Assembly (NCBI GenBank): GCA_051362555.1
Contig: CM120648.1
Location: 8,800,587-8,864,586 of the forward strand
Length of the DNA stretch: 64,000 nt
Direction: 5' to 3'
From: Lingula anatina
Lineage: Eukaryota; Animalia; Brachiopoda
Shown: in pieces, positions 23,761 through 36,500 of the stretch
Layout: each line of letters starts with the position of its first letter
Numbering within the stretch: the first letter of the stretch is position 1
Notes under the pieces: model-generated
What the model was told of the DNA's origin: nothing
Seen by the model: the letters and a program-made list of their open reading frames with translations, nothing else
Databases searched by the model: none
Program-made: the position numbers and the translations under genes

Positions 23761-25624
23761 CTGGAAAAAAGTTCAATATCAATTACACTTCTTCATACTT
23801 GTCTTTAACATTTCATATTGGTAATTAAATACAAAGCCTGCAACCAGCATTTCCCTGGGGGGAGTTTTTTTTTTTTATCTGGAAAAGTGGATCTTATTTC
23901 CTTTGAATTGTCACAACTTGAGAAATGGCTGGCATATAGCCTTGATAGAATTTGAATTCAGAGCAGTCTTATTTCGGAAAAAAAGGCAGTACTTTCAAAC
24001 CCTCCAAACCTGATCACTGAATTACATGGCATACTGACCTATCCACAGCTGACCATCAGTGTCCAGTTGAGTTGCCCCTTGCCTCGACACCTTGGTTATC
24101 GGCCGATTTCCGTCAACCGTTAACACTCCTTTCCTCTTGTCCCTAGTGTAACAAAAATAAGTTTCACCAAAGCTAGGTAATTTAAAGAATGTTTAAAATG
24201 ACAAAAGACAGATTAACAAATTAAGAATTATAAATTAAGAAGACAGATTAAAATGACAGATTAACACCCCCTCCTTTGCAGGCACCCTGCTGTGATGTAA
24301 TAATCTCCAGTAATCTGACTACGTATACTCCTCTACCACAATATAACATTTACCTGTAAAAAAGAGCAGACAGTTGCTCCTAAAAAGTCCAGATAAAAGA
24401 AATTCCTATGCAGAATGATCTGCTTTTTATTTCCGGGTATAAACATATTGCTGAACATGTTATAAATTGAATAAAACCTGGACGCAGTTAGTAGAAATCA
24501 CAACCTCTAAGCTCAATTGCTCTAGTTTAGATTATGTTACAAAATGAGGAGTCTACTGGAGTGAATAAATAAATAAATAAACAAAATCTTTATGTCTGAT
24601 ACAAATAAATTGTACTATGTAAATGAAATTAATGAAAGCTTTGTGCCAGTAATTGTTGCTGAATGAGCAAATTGCAAGCCTTGAAAAAATTACTGATTTA
24701 AAATAGTACATCGATGGAACTTTAAAATACTATACTCAGGCACCAATACTCAGACACCTTCATTATTGGAACAAAAAAATAATAATAATAAAAAATAGGA
24801 AATAAAAATAAAAAAATGGCACTTATATCTGAAAATTTGTAGAATACTCAAAAACTTAATACAATTGAGAATAATTTGCAGTTAAGAAAACAGTAAGTTA
24901 CCTCTCAGCTATTATTGTATGCCAGTCGCCATCATCTACTCGCACTGCAGATCTTATTTTATGGATGTCAGTGGGTGATTGTTTTCCTAGATTGTAGCTA
25001 AACTCTACGTGACCATTCACTATAGCTAGGGCCAGGTAATCTCCTCTAATGGTAGGACTTTTGTGAACTATTAAAACAAGGCCGTTCTTTTCCGTCGTTC
25101 TAAGTCGGATAAGGTATCTATTTTGCCTTTGACTGCGTTGTCTGAAAAAAATTGAAAAGCAAATCAAAATTAAGTGTAATTTTTTACATTTTTTAAATGA
25201 AAAATTTTAAAACTTGGTTCAATTATGGCTATCACACTTAAATTTCAGTGACACCACTAATAAAAAAAAAAATTAATATTCATCCTTTCAGGCTGATCAC
25301 TTGAACAATTCTAGATGGTAACCAAACTCTCTTTCCTTAACCTGAAAAATTATTTTTCAGGAATCTCCAACTGCAAATTATTTTGCAAAATACTTATTTA
25401 GTATTACTTGTCTATAAATGTAGTAAGAAATTGCCATACCAACAAGTTTAAAAATCCAAATAATTAAAATAACATATAAGTTAAAGGTTTCAAACAAAAT
25501 TTTAAAATAATTCCAATGACAATAAAATGCACATTTGGAAAGCTGTATATTATGTACTCTTATAATGATTAGTCCTTTTTTTAAAGTTCCACATAATGCT
25601 TTTTCTCAATACAAAACAAAGCTA

Positions 25625-25663
<39 letters not shown>

Positions 25664-28610
25664 TTATTATTATTATAATTATTATTATTTCTTGCACATT
25701 AAATAACTATATTCTATTAGTGTGTTTGTGAAAAAAATCTGTGAACTGCAATAAAAAACTGTGACCAATCCTGTGATGAAATATTTAGGCCCTAAACTAG
25801 AATGACTCTGCTAAAACTGCTTTAAAACTAAAGGAATGAAGTAGACAGTTTTCATGAATCTGCAGCAAAACCAAACTAATACCTCCAACCAGTATATTTC
25901 ATTGAGTAAAAGTCATCTTCTTCCTCGAGTTGGTTTTAAAACAGTTTTAAGTGACCCGTTGGTGGATGGGGCCTTAATCATTAGGTGAAATGGGGTGAAA
26001 TAAGTATTTATAGTACAGACAAAAAACTCTTTCATCACCCTCCAACAGTTAATTTGAAATATATCAAGAGTAGTCTACATAACTGTGTTGTCTTAACAGT
26101 TTTCAAACTTCTACATTTTTTTCACATTTGAATTCTAAATAATAAGAGAAACATTAACACTATCAACCCAATGTGAACAGTTCCTCTAAATGTGATGAAT
26201 CAAGTCTCTGAACACAAAGATGTGGCATTAAATAGTATTGAAAGAACAAAATGAGAAGAACAAAATGAATAATGTGTAAAACCATGGAGTACCTACTAAA
26301 CACAACTTCAAGGTTGCAAGACTTAGTGATATACAGCAGTATACTACTATTGAGTGAAGGTATTATAGAAGTGTTCAAGAAATTGTCACAATACAGATGA
26401 AAATAAAAATACTGATAAAATCACATTCCACCTTCTGAAACTTTCAAGGCAGATGAAAAAGTGCCATATTGCTAAAATAAGAGAACAAAGTGTTTTCTTT
26501 GACATCATGTTCTCTTGTTCTAAAAAGTGAATATTACTAGAGAGAAGGCAGATTTGACTAAATCTGGGTTTAAAGCAGAACAAAATTTTCTTCACAAATC
26601 AATTCTTTACACAATTTCACAGTATTTAAATAATATTAAAAACATATCAAGGCCAACGTAGAGAAAGTTTTCAAACATCTCTATTTTTCTATTTTACTCT
26701 TTTTACAATTTATCATCTCAAACATTTACAACAACAACTGTCTATTCAAAACTTCAGCATTCTTTGGTAGAAAATACTAACAAAACATGTCTGAAGGGGG
26801 GGGGGCAATCATCACACTTAAAGTCAGCTTTAAAATATCTGCCTTCTCACACACAAAAAAAGAATAGAATGCCAAATACTAAAACAAAAGAAATAACAGG
26901 CATCTTCAGGAAATAATACTCAGTTATCAGAGACCCGTTTACCTGCGAGCCAACTCCACTAACAGCTTTCCTAATGTTTTAACATCCATTCCTTCCATTA
27001 CTGCCCAGCTGGATAAACATACGTGGTAATAAGGTGACATGCATTTTACATGCAAGTGTTACATTAAGCTTTCAGAAATATCCCCCTTTGATGGAAATCC
27101 ACACGCTTATTTTTGTGTCAAAATTTTTAAAGGGGTAAGAACTCTTCTTATTGGCCATAAAAATGCCTTAAAAAGATTTTCCTGTGGTAAACGACAATGT
27201 TTCCATTACTTAATAATAGGTAACGAACTAGTTCCAACATTCAAAGTTAATCAATTGTGCTTTTTGTAATTATCTATTTTAAAAGAGATTTTTATAGAGG
27301 GTATCAAACTATAAAGGCTCATGTGGTCCAATGTCACACACAGATTTCAGAATAATTAATATATTGCAATAAATGCTGCTTCATTGGTAAAATGGACTTC
27401 TCTGTGCTGTTTACAATGTATTTATTGTGGAATTTTGAATCTCAAATGAAAAGTTGTTATCCCTTCCAACAAATTTCAAGTGTTTTTGCCTTATATAGTT
27501 CATATATGCCCATAAAGCACTGTTAGACCCTTCTCACAGTGTGCTGTGTGTTGTTTTCTGACATATAATTTGCTCCAATTTGACAGAATGTCAACCTGAT
27601 AGCCTGGATTTTAATTCAACCTTTACAAATTTTATTTTTATATAATTATTCATGAATACCAGGACATTTCTTATTTCAATGGATGACATCTGTGGATTTC
27701 ATCAAAATATTGGGGATATATCACTGAAGTAAAAACAAAAATACCATGCTGTAAGATTAAAAACAAACACCTTTTTCAATTTCTGTAAATAATAATAAAA
27801 AAAAAAAAAAAAAAAAATCACTTGACATAAAATATGTCAATATGCATATTATTTTCACCCAATTATTTAACACGTTTTGTTAATTTATTGTTAAATAACT
27901 CAAACCAAACCTTATCTAAATTAGTGAAAAATCAAACATGTGAAAATGTCTCAAAATAAAAATAGTGCTAAAAAAGAAAAGAAATCTTGGGAAAAAAATT
28001 CTACACATACATCGCTGTCTTGTCTAGGGTCTTGTTCTTGAGTGGGCTGCAGAATCAAACATTTGAGGCTTGTTAGAAGTATAATGCACACTCTAAATCA
28101 CAACCAAACACAATGAAGAGAAGTCTCAACTAATGCATTCATAGCACATAGAAAATATCATTCTACAGCAAATATATTCTCTATACAGCAGCTGTTTGCT
28201 ACACAGTTTCAATACACACACCTACGTGCTGTATATTACACTAATCACAAAAAGATACATATTTTTCTAATTAAATCTGAGATCAATCAGTTATTAACAA
28301 AATTAACAAATATACAGCAGATCATGTTTTGAAGATAAAAAAAAGAGTGATCTTAAAAGTAAAATTGCTCATTATTCTAATGAACATAAAAAAAACAGAG
28401 ATTTGTGCATAGAACTGAAAATGGTGGTTTTTATTTCATTCCCTCTAAATACATGCCAATCAATAAAATCTATGTGCAACTTAAAACCTCACAGCCTTTA
28501 TTTGTCACCCATGGTGTAACAGATAAAAAGAGTGATATAATAATAATAATAATAATAATGAAAACTGCCATAACCTTTGTATTGAGTGCATTTCAAGGTC
28601 CACACATTTT

Positions 28611-28688
<78 letters not shown>

Positions 28689-28999
28689 CCCTATATACAG
28701 AACATGTGGAGTGTAGCATTAAAATTTCTTTTATAATAACTATGGTGGATGCAGTGTGCTCACTGGTAAGAATATGAACCAAAAACTCAGATTATCCTCA
28801 AACCAGCATGCATCTATGATAAAGGTTTCTTCTTCCCATTAATAATTATGTAAAAGGTAAAGAAATGCATACTTACTTCCTCACAGCTTGGTTATCATAC
28901 TGTAGAAAAGTTGACCCGTCAAATTGAACGGGACTGTTTTTGTCGATGTCAGTTTCTGAAAATGAAAATGAAATGAACTGAAATTATGGGTGTTATCAA

Positions 29000-29030
<31 letters not shown>

Positions 29031-32000
29031 TCAATCAGGGAATATACAGACCACGTGAATATCAATACTGGAATCTATCAAAAATCAAATCAAAATATTA
29101 TGAAAGCATATTCATGTACCAATATTAAACCACATACTAAATATCATTTTAGGAATTAAAAGAATTAATATGAAAATTCAACTTAAACTCATAATTAGTA
29201 AAACCATCAAAACAAAACAAGGCATTATCACTATATATTACTATAATATACCTCTCTGACAATGTTCCCCAGTATATCCTATTCTACATTTACACTCGTA
29301 TTCCGCTAATTTTGGCTTACAATAGCCGCCATTTTGACAAGGGTTGCTGGTACAGGGTGGCCCCTGATATATACCCATATGTTCATTGGCTACTGCACCA
29401 GCCAGTAAATTATCATACATGCGCCCATTTATGTACAGCTGAAAGTATATACAATTGACCCCATTTACATTTCACAAGAAAGTTGAATATGTGATAGCAA
29501 CTTTAAAAGTAGCAAACTGACTTTCTTCAGTGCTTATGACAATTAATTGTAACATCATATTTTATCTAAAAAAGGATTTGATTCTGAACATAGTTTACTT
29601 TGAATATCAATTCTTATACATAACTCGGTATAAACTGAGGGTTCCATCAGCAGCAATATTAAATTCCTGCTTCAAAATATTTTTAAAATAAAAAATAAAT
29701 TTACTTACTCTCTGTATAGCACCATGGAAACCGGACTTAATACCGGAGTCTGGGTTGATAGAGCTTTTGTCTTTAAAACCACCTATATAAAGCGGCTGTC
29801 CAAGATTAAGATCTTTCAAAGTTCCCTAGTGAATTATGAAAAAAAAGTAGGTTGTATATAAAAACTAAGAATGAACATGATCAATGTGTTTTCTCTGAAG
29901 TAAAAGCATCACACACACACACAAACACACACAGATACATTGTACAATCTCTTCTTCTTCTCTCTCTCTCTCTTCACCAGTGTTCTTCCAAAAATTCTTG
30001 AGAGAAACCTACACAGAAATCAACCTGTTAAGCAAAAACTTGTAAGCACAGTGCATACATGTATATGCCTACTATCACACTTAGTTTCCAATTTTACTTA
30101 ATGGCAAAGTTTAAATTCATCCTTACCTTGGATTGCCCTGACTGACTGACAGAGGTGCCATTTATAATCATGTTGCCTTGACGATTTCTCCTCTCAACCG
30201 TCACTCTGTGCCACACATTCAGAGCAATGCGTTTGGGTGATCTGAAATTATTATAGTAGCTCCATATGAATAAGATATGAATTTGGTGGTATGAATTTGC
30301 CCCAATAGGTGGCACCCCAGAGCATGCTAAGAAGTGCAGATGAAAAACATAAATGAATATTTTGGGCTCTGTCTTCCAATTTTGTACACATACTTGTCCT
30401 GGCTTATCCATAAGTAAAGATGCTACATAATGAACTGAAAACAATTATGATTTTTAAGACACAGTAATCTGATCTACATATAATCTTCACATAAAAATGT
30501 GTATCAAATTGCTAATTTTTTATATAACATTGTCTGAGAAAATAAAAGAATAATTTTCTTATACAACCCCAAAATTCTTAAAATCACATTATATTTAAGA
30601 GGAAAAAAATTCAAACTTACTTTATATAGGCAGGGCCTCCACCAAGATCAAACTTGAATTCCAGGAAGCCATTTTTAAGGTTTAAAGAAATGAAGTCCCC
30701 TTTCCCATTAGCTCTCTGGCCACAGTATAAGATCATGCCTAGCAAGATGATAAGGACACATTTCTACCATACTACTTATAAGTAAGTTTTTCAAAGTTTT
30801 TTTATTTTAAATGTCTGAAATTCTGAATTGAATCAATTAAATTCATTTATCCAATCTAGATATTGAGACAGTTTATCGGCATATTAAAAACTGCAGATAC
30901 ATTTCAATATAATTAACAGATAAGGAAAGAAAAGGTTAATAAAAAAAAATGTTTATGATTTGTATGTTTAAATTCAAAGTATGAGAAAAGGAAAGATGAA
31001 GGACAAGGTAGTCAGAGCAGAGGGAGGGTAAAAGAAGAGCCATCATACCATTTCCTTTGGTGGGTAAAAACCAGACTTCAAAGGCTATTGCCCTAAGGAC
31101 ATTGTCATTGAATTCCCTTTCTATGTAAGAATTTCCATTGAATTCAGGGATAGTATAGAGTGGCAAGGTCGTTGGTGATACAAGTACTGAAAAAATATAT
31201 ATACACTTCAAATGATACAACTTTTAATGAGGAACATATAAAATTAGTCAATTTTAACACCCAAGTTTGATATATCAACAGAAAATGTAGAAATACTATA
31301 TAACACTGTCAAAAAGTTGCATACTCTGAGATTTTAAAAAATTTATAAAATGAAATGTGCTCAATGGCAAGTTTTAAAGTACTGATAAAAACTTCTAATT
31401 TCTGAACAATAATATTAAACTAGTCTGAAAAAACAAACAAGTTTAATCAAATTAGATTAGTTTAAACACACAAGCACTTTCATGCTCCCAGCTAGGAAAC
31501 CAGACCATTTCAAAATTATGTCACAAAGAACTATTTTTAACCATATGACCTACAATTTTCACAATACTGGCCACTCCTCCCACTGGGACAGTTGCATTTG
31601 ACCTCATTATCTGACACCACCTGACAGGTGGAGCCACCTTCACAGGGGTTTGAAGAGCACGGGTCCCTCCCCTCTGCACACTGTGGGCCTGGTGAAAAAA
31701 TTACAAATAATAACAAAAATAAGTTTAAAATGTTGAATTTGGAATCACAACCAATATACTAGTAAACATTTACTGAAAGGTGATTAAATAATGCGATTTT
31801 TGTAAGTATACATTAAATTGGTAGCACATAGAATAGAAGGAAGCAGTCAAATGAAATTTATTTGACAGACATGCTGTGTGTGCTCACGCTTGATTGGAAT
31901 CAAACATTTGAAGTGGTATCCTTGTATTATATAAACAGAAAATACAATGATGTTTCAGAAGTTACAGATGTACTGGTACTGCTAAGGTGGAGATTTCTTT

Positions 32001-33207
32001 ATATTATCAATAACAACAATATAATTAACTGACAATATCAAAATTTACCCATATTCACAGAATAATCTATTTTTCAATCCAAAATGAACATGAAAAAAAA
32101 AACTTAAAAACACAGAAAAGCAGTAGGCCAAATGGCATAAAACCATATAAAATTTTTCAATTTTTTTAACCAAAATTAAATTTTTTTCATTAAAAAATAA
32201 ATCGATTAAATATCTCACCTTTAAACCCTGGTCGGCAAACACACAGGAAGTTTTCTTCATCGCGGAAGTAACACGAGCCACCATTTTGGCATGGAAGACT
32301 TCTGCAAGGATTGTCCCTGCATTCACCTTCAATATAAAATCAGCATATTTTTTACTGATTTCATAATTCAGAAATAGATATCCTTAGTTTATTTCACCAC
32401 CATCAACATCACTCAAGTGCACATTTTACATATTTTTAATAATTAATACTACTCTCTGGTTCCTAATTGCCATCTGGTTTTGAATAGTAGTACAGGGTAG
32501 AAAAATGCTCAAAATCTAATAATAGTATGGTCCCGTAAAAACATACAGGGTTGAAATTTGACCAATAAAGAACCAGAAATCTATCACGTGATGTGAGTGC
32601 GACTGGATGTGATTGCGTATATGCCTTGAAATGCACTGTTGTCACAATCTACAGTAAACACAGGGTGCCGCCATATTGAATTTCTCTTGAGTGTTAAAAT
32701 GGGTCAACACACGTATGTGGTGCATGAACAGGTCTGGGGAAACTGGGATTTTTAATAAGCGTACAGTCTCGAATATGGCTGTACAGTGTGGAATATTGTG
32801 ACAAATAAATACCCGTACATGTACAGCAATTAGGAACCAGAGAGTATACAGCTAATAACCACCATGGGGTGGCTTTCGGGAATGCAAAATTCCCCGAAAG
32901 CCAACTTAACAATTCCATGGTACAGTCAACTTACCAATTCCATGGTGAGACACAATATCGCCCGATTGTGGCAAGTCCAGCGTGTACGCTCGGGTAGTGA
33001 TTGAATTGCCATCTGATTTAGATACTGTTAAAGCAAACACACAGCCAACTAGGCCATGGCCTGTGCCAATCTCTGTCACCACACTGGAAAGTTATGAGCA
33101 TAGCATTAGCATTAATAAATTAACATATCATTAGCATGTCATTAACATCTCTTTAATTTAGCTTTCAATTTAATTTCGAACATGCTTATTTTTAGTTTCA
33201 TTATTAC

Positions 33208-33249
<42 letters not shown>

Positions 33250-33568
33250 CTGTTAAAATGATTCCCACTTAAGGTCAAGACTTTTAGAAAATCGGGCAAA
33301 GTTCAAAATTGAATTAATCTTACTCATTGGTCATGTCTGGAATCCCACCAACATAGAGTGGCTGGTCAAGGTTCAGTGACCGCAGATTCCCCTGTGAACT
33401 GCCCAGGACCTCCTCTCCATTGTCCACTTGTAGCGCCCCCTGGCTACCAGATCTGTTGACCATCACATGATGTTGTTTGTTGAGTTGGATGGGCTTGGTA
33501 CTTCTTATCAGAGCTGGGCCACTGCCAAGGTCATACCTAGAAAACAAAAAAGGAAATGAAAAAGTTGC

Positions 33569-33599
<31 letters not shown>

Positions 33600-36500
33600 G
33601 TAATAATAAATTACAGTGTCCTCTTTGGAACATATACTAAGATAATGGATGCAACTAAAAAGGACTGCATATATTTTAAATTAGGTATGAAATATTAATA
33701 TAATGCTCAATTTAATATTAATTATAAACAATTCTCAGCCCATGGTTTTTATACAGTTATAAATCAATTTTATCCTTCACAATTCCTCACCTATACTCTA
33801 CATAACCATTGACAATAGCCAGAGAAATGAAGTCCCCTCGCCCCTCCACAAACTGGCTATTGTACAGCAATATGCCATCCTTATTGTGGGTCTTAAAGGT
33901 AATCTCTATCCTATTAAATTTATCCACACCGGTAAGCATTCTAAACTGAAGCCAAGACTGATTGCTGAATGAAGGGGTGCTGATGCCTGATGGATTGGCT
34001 GAAAAAAAGGGCAAAATAATTTGGTGTTGGTGTGACAGATAAAATGTAACGTATTCGACAATACCATCTGAAGACTGCCGCAATTTGTTTAACCTATGCT
34101 TCCACAACTTAAAAGTTTATTTAAGTATGTCAAAATACAAGATGCCTAAAATGTAATGAATGTGATTGTATGTTAGATGTGACAATGTGTTAGGTGTGAC
34201 AACAGTTTTGTCAGAAATTGTTTCATTGATCAAAGAAAAATAAACCTCAAAATAAAATTTTTAATTGAAAAAAAAAAATAAATAAATAAAAAAATCAAAC
34301 AACTGAAGCATTGGAATTGTGAATGATTCCCGTACCTATGCACAGACTGTTGAATTCAGAAGGAATGAAATCTTGGTCACATACACAGAAGCTGCGTTCG
34401 CAGTGACTGTGGGCAACAGAACACTCTTCGTCAGTTTGGCACACATCCCCTATCCTACCTGTAATATAGATTTTCTCTTGAATTAATTGAACATAATCTA
34501 TATTTGGGCCATTCCACAAAAAAGTTACTCTGAGTCATGCTAGTGATGTACATATTTGGTGTGACATTTGCATGTTTCACATCACTTTTAAAATACTGTT
34601 TTTACATTGGAGGGCACTATAGTTTAAATTGGCACAAATAATGAGTTAATCAAAAATCATATATAAACTGTGAACATCACTGACATGACTCAAAAATTTT
34701 GTTCCTTTTTTGACATGAAATAAATCAATTTTTCATAATTCATATTTGTCCTTTTTTTGGTCAAGAAATAAAGTTAAAAGCATCCCAAACAAAAAGCTTG
34801 AGTTTTAAAGATTACTCAGAATCACATGTAACTTCTATTATCAGCAAGCGTCAACAATGTTGATATTACTTTCCAGTAACTTCTCAATTTTAGTTTGTCA
34901 ATGCAAAGACGTATACATCAACTGCTTTATCAAATCCGAATTGTTCAGCATAATATATCTTTACCAGTCACTGTCCCCATATCCATTATGTAGCTGTAGA
35001 ATATTCATTCAAATCTCCAATTTATATATTCTCATTAGACAATTTCTAGGGCATTTAAAATATTTGACAACTTGCAAGCAAATGAAAAGCTGGACTATAT
35101 GATGCTGAGTTTGTAAAAACCATCTGTAATCCATTGATAGTCTTCAGTCCTTCAATCAATATGATTTCTGTATATTTTCTGTAGTGGATTAATTAGGATA
35201 AAAAACAATTCATTCAAATTTAAATGTCTATAAAACTATTTAAAATATCAATTTAAGACTTATTATTTGTATTATTCATAAAATGAACTGCGGAGCTAGA
35301 GTACATCATTCTATTCTTTTATTTAAATTATGATACTAATATGTTAGTTACTTAAAATATATTATATCACCTATAACTATCATATATATATATGGATATT
35401 TAGCTATTGTAATTATCATATCTGTGTAACTTCCCCATTATCTTTCTAAAATAATCTTTCTAATATTTCTACCACTACAGAACATAATATAGTAGTATAC
35501 TGTATGTGATAGATACAATACGAGTCGCCGAGCTGTACGTGAAATATAACGAGTGTATTGGCCAGCCAAAGGCGAGACAATACAAGAGTAATTTTCACGT
35601 ACAGCTCGGCGACGAGTGTTGTATCTGGCTTAAACCACGGCCTTTGATTGGCTACTACACTAGTGAGTAATGGGAGTGCAACAGACCGTGGAACGCACTC
35701 GTACATGACGTGCTTGTATGTCAAATACAGCATGGCTGCGTCTTTTGTTCTATGCGCTAGCCGTGGTTTAAATATTGGTGTTAGCATCTTGAAAAGTTAG
35801 AATATTACAGTAGTTACGTTGTTATTTTGACTACTTATTATTCTATGTTCATATATATATTGGAGTACAGTTACAACCCTTAATAATATTATGTACTATC
35901 ATGTAGATATATATATATAAATGTTAGACATTATTTATTTTAAGATCAGGTATGCAGCAAAGGATAATTTTTTAACAGGGATCACTCAAGCTGATTTGTT
36001 ACTTCTTGTAAGCCTGTTAGATTTTTATAATTATATAGATCTAACAGCAAATTTGGGCTCTGATAGCCTTTCATTACACTTTGTGCAGTGACAGTAATAT
36101 ATATTAGATATCAAAGATATATCATTTCAATTAAAAAATTTAGACAATCAACAACTGTAGAACAGACATAAATTTAAGTGATCAACCACTTAATTCATAC
36201 TAAAATATTTAGTAAATAAAAAAATCGTGTGAACTTAAAAGTAACAGTTAATGTAAATTTTTTACCCACAAAATTAAGACATTTCAAAACAGTTTCTAAT
36301 AATTAAAAAAAATGGTTTCCTTTATCATGGTCATTTCACCTGCACCCAAACATAACAAAGTCATGCAATGTTACTGTATCTTTGTTTGCGTGCATGCACA
36401 TGTGTGTTTGCATGTACATTCAAGTATGTGTGCATGCATGTTACGATATATGCACAAGCATATAAAACATAATAAGCATCACCATGCAATGTTATTTATA

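Noticed and set aside
28405-28777. ORFs with ER repeats (also poly-Ile at 14765-15001 and YI repeats at 45817-46041)
   Set aside because: Translations of microsatellites
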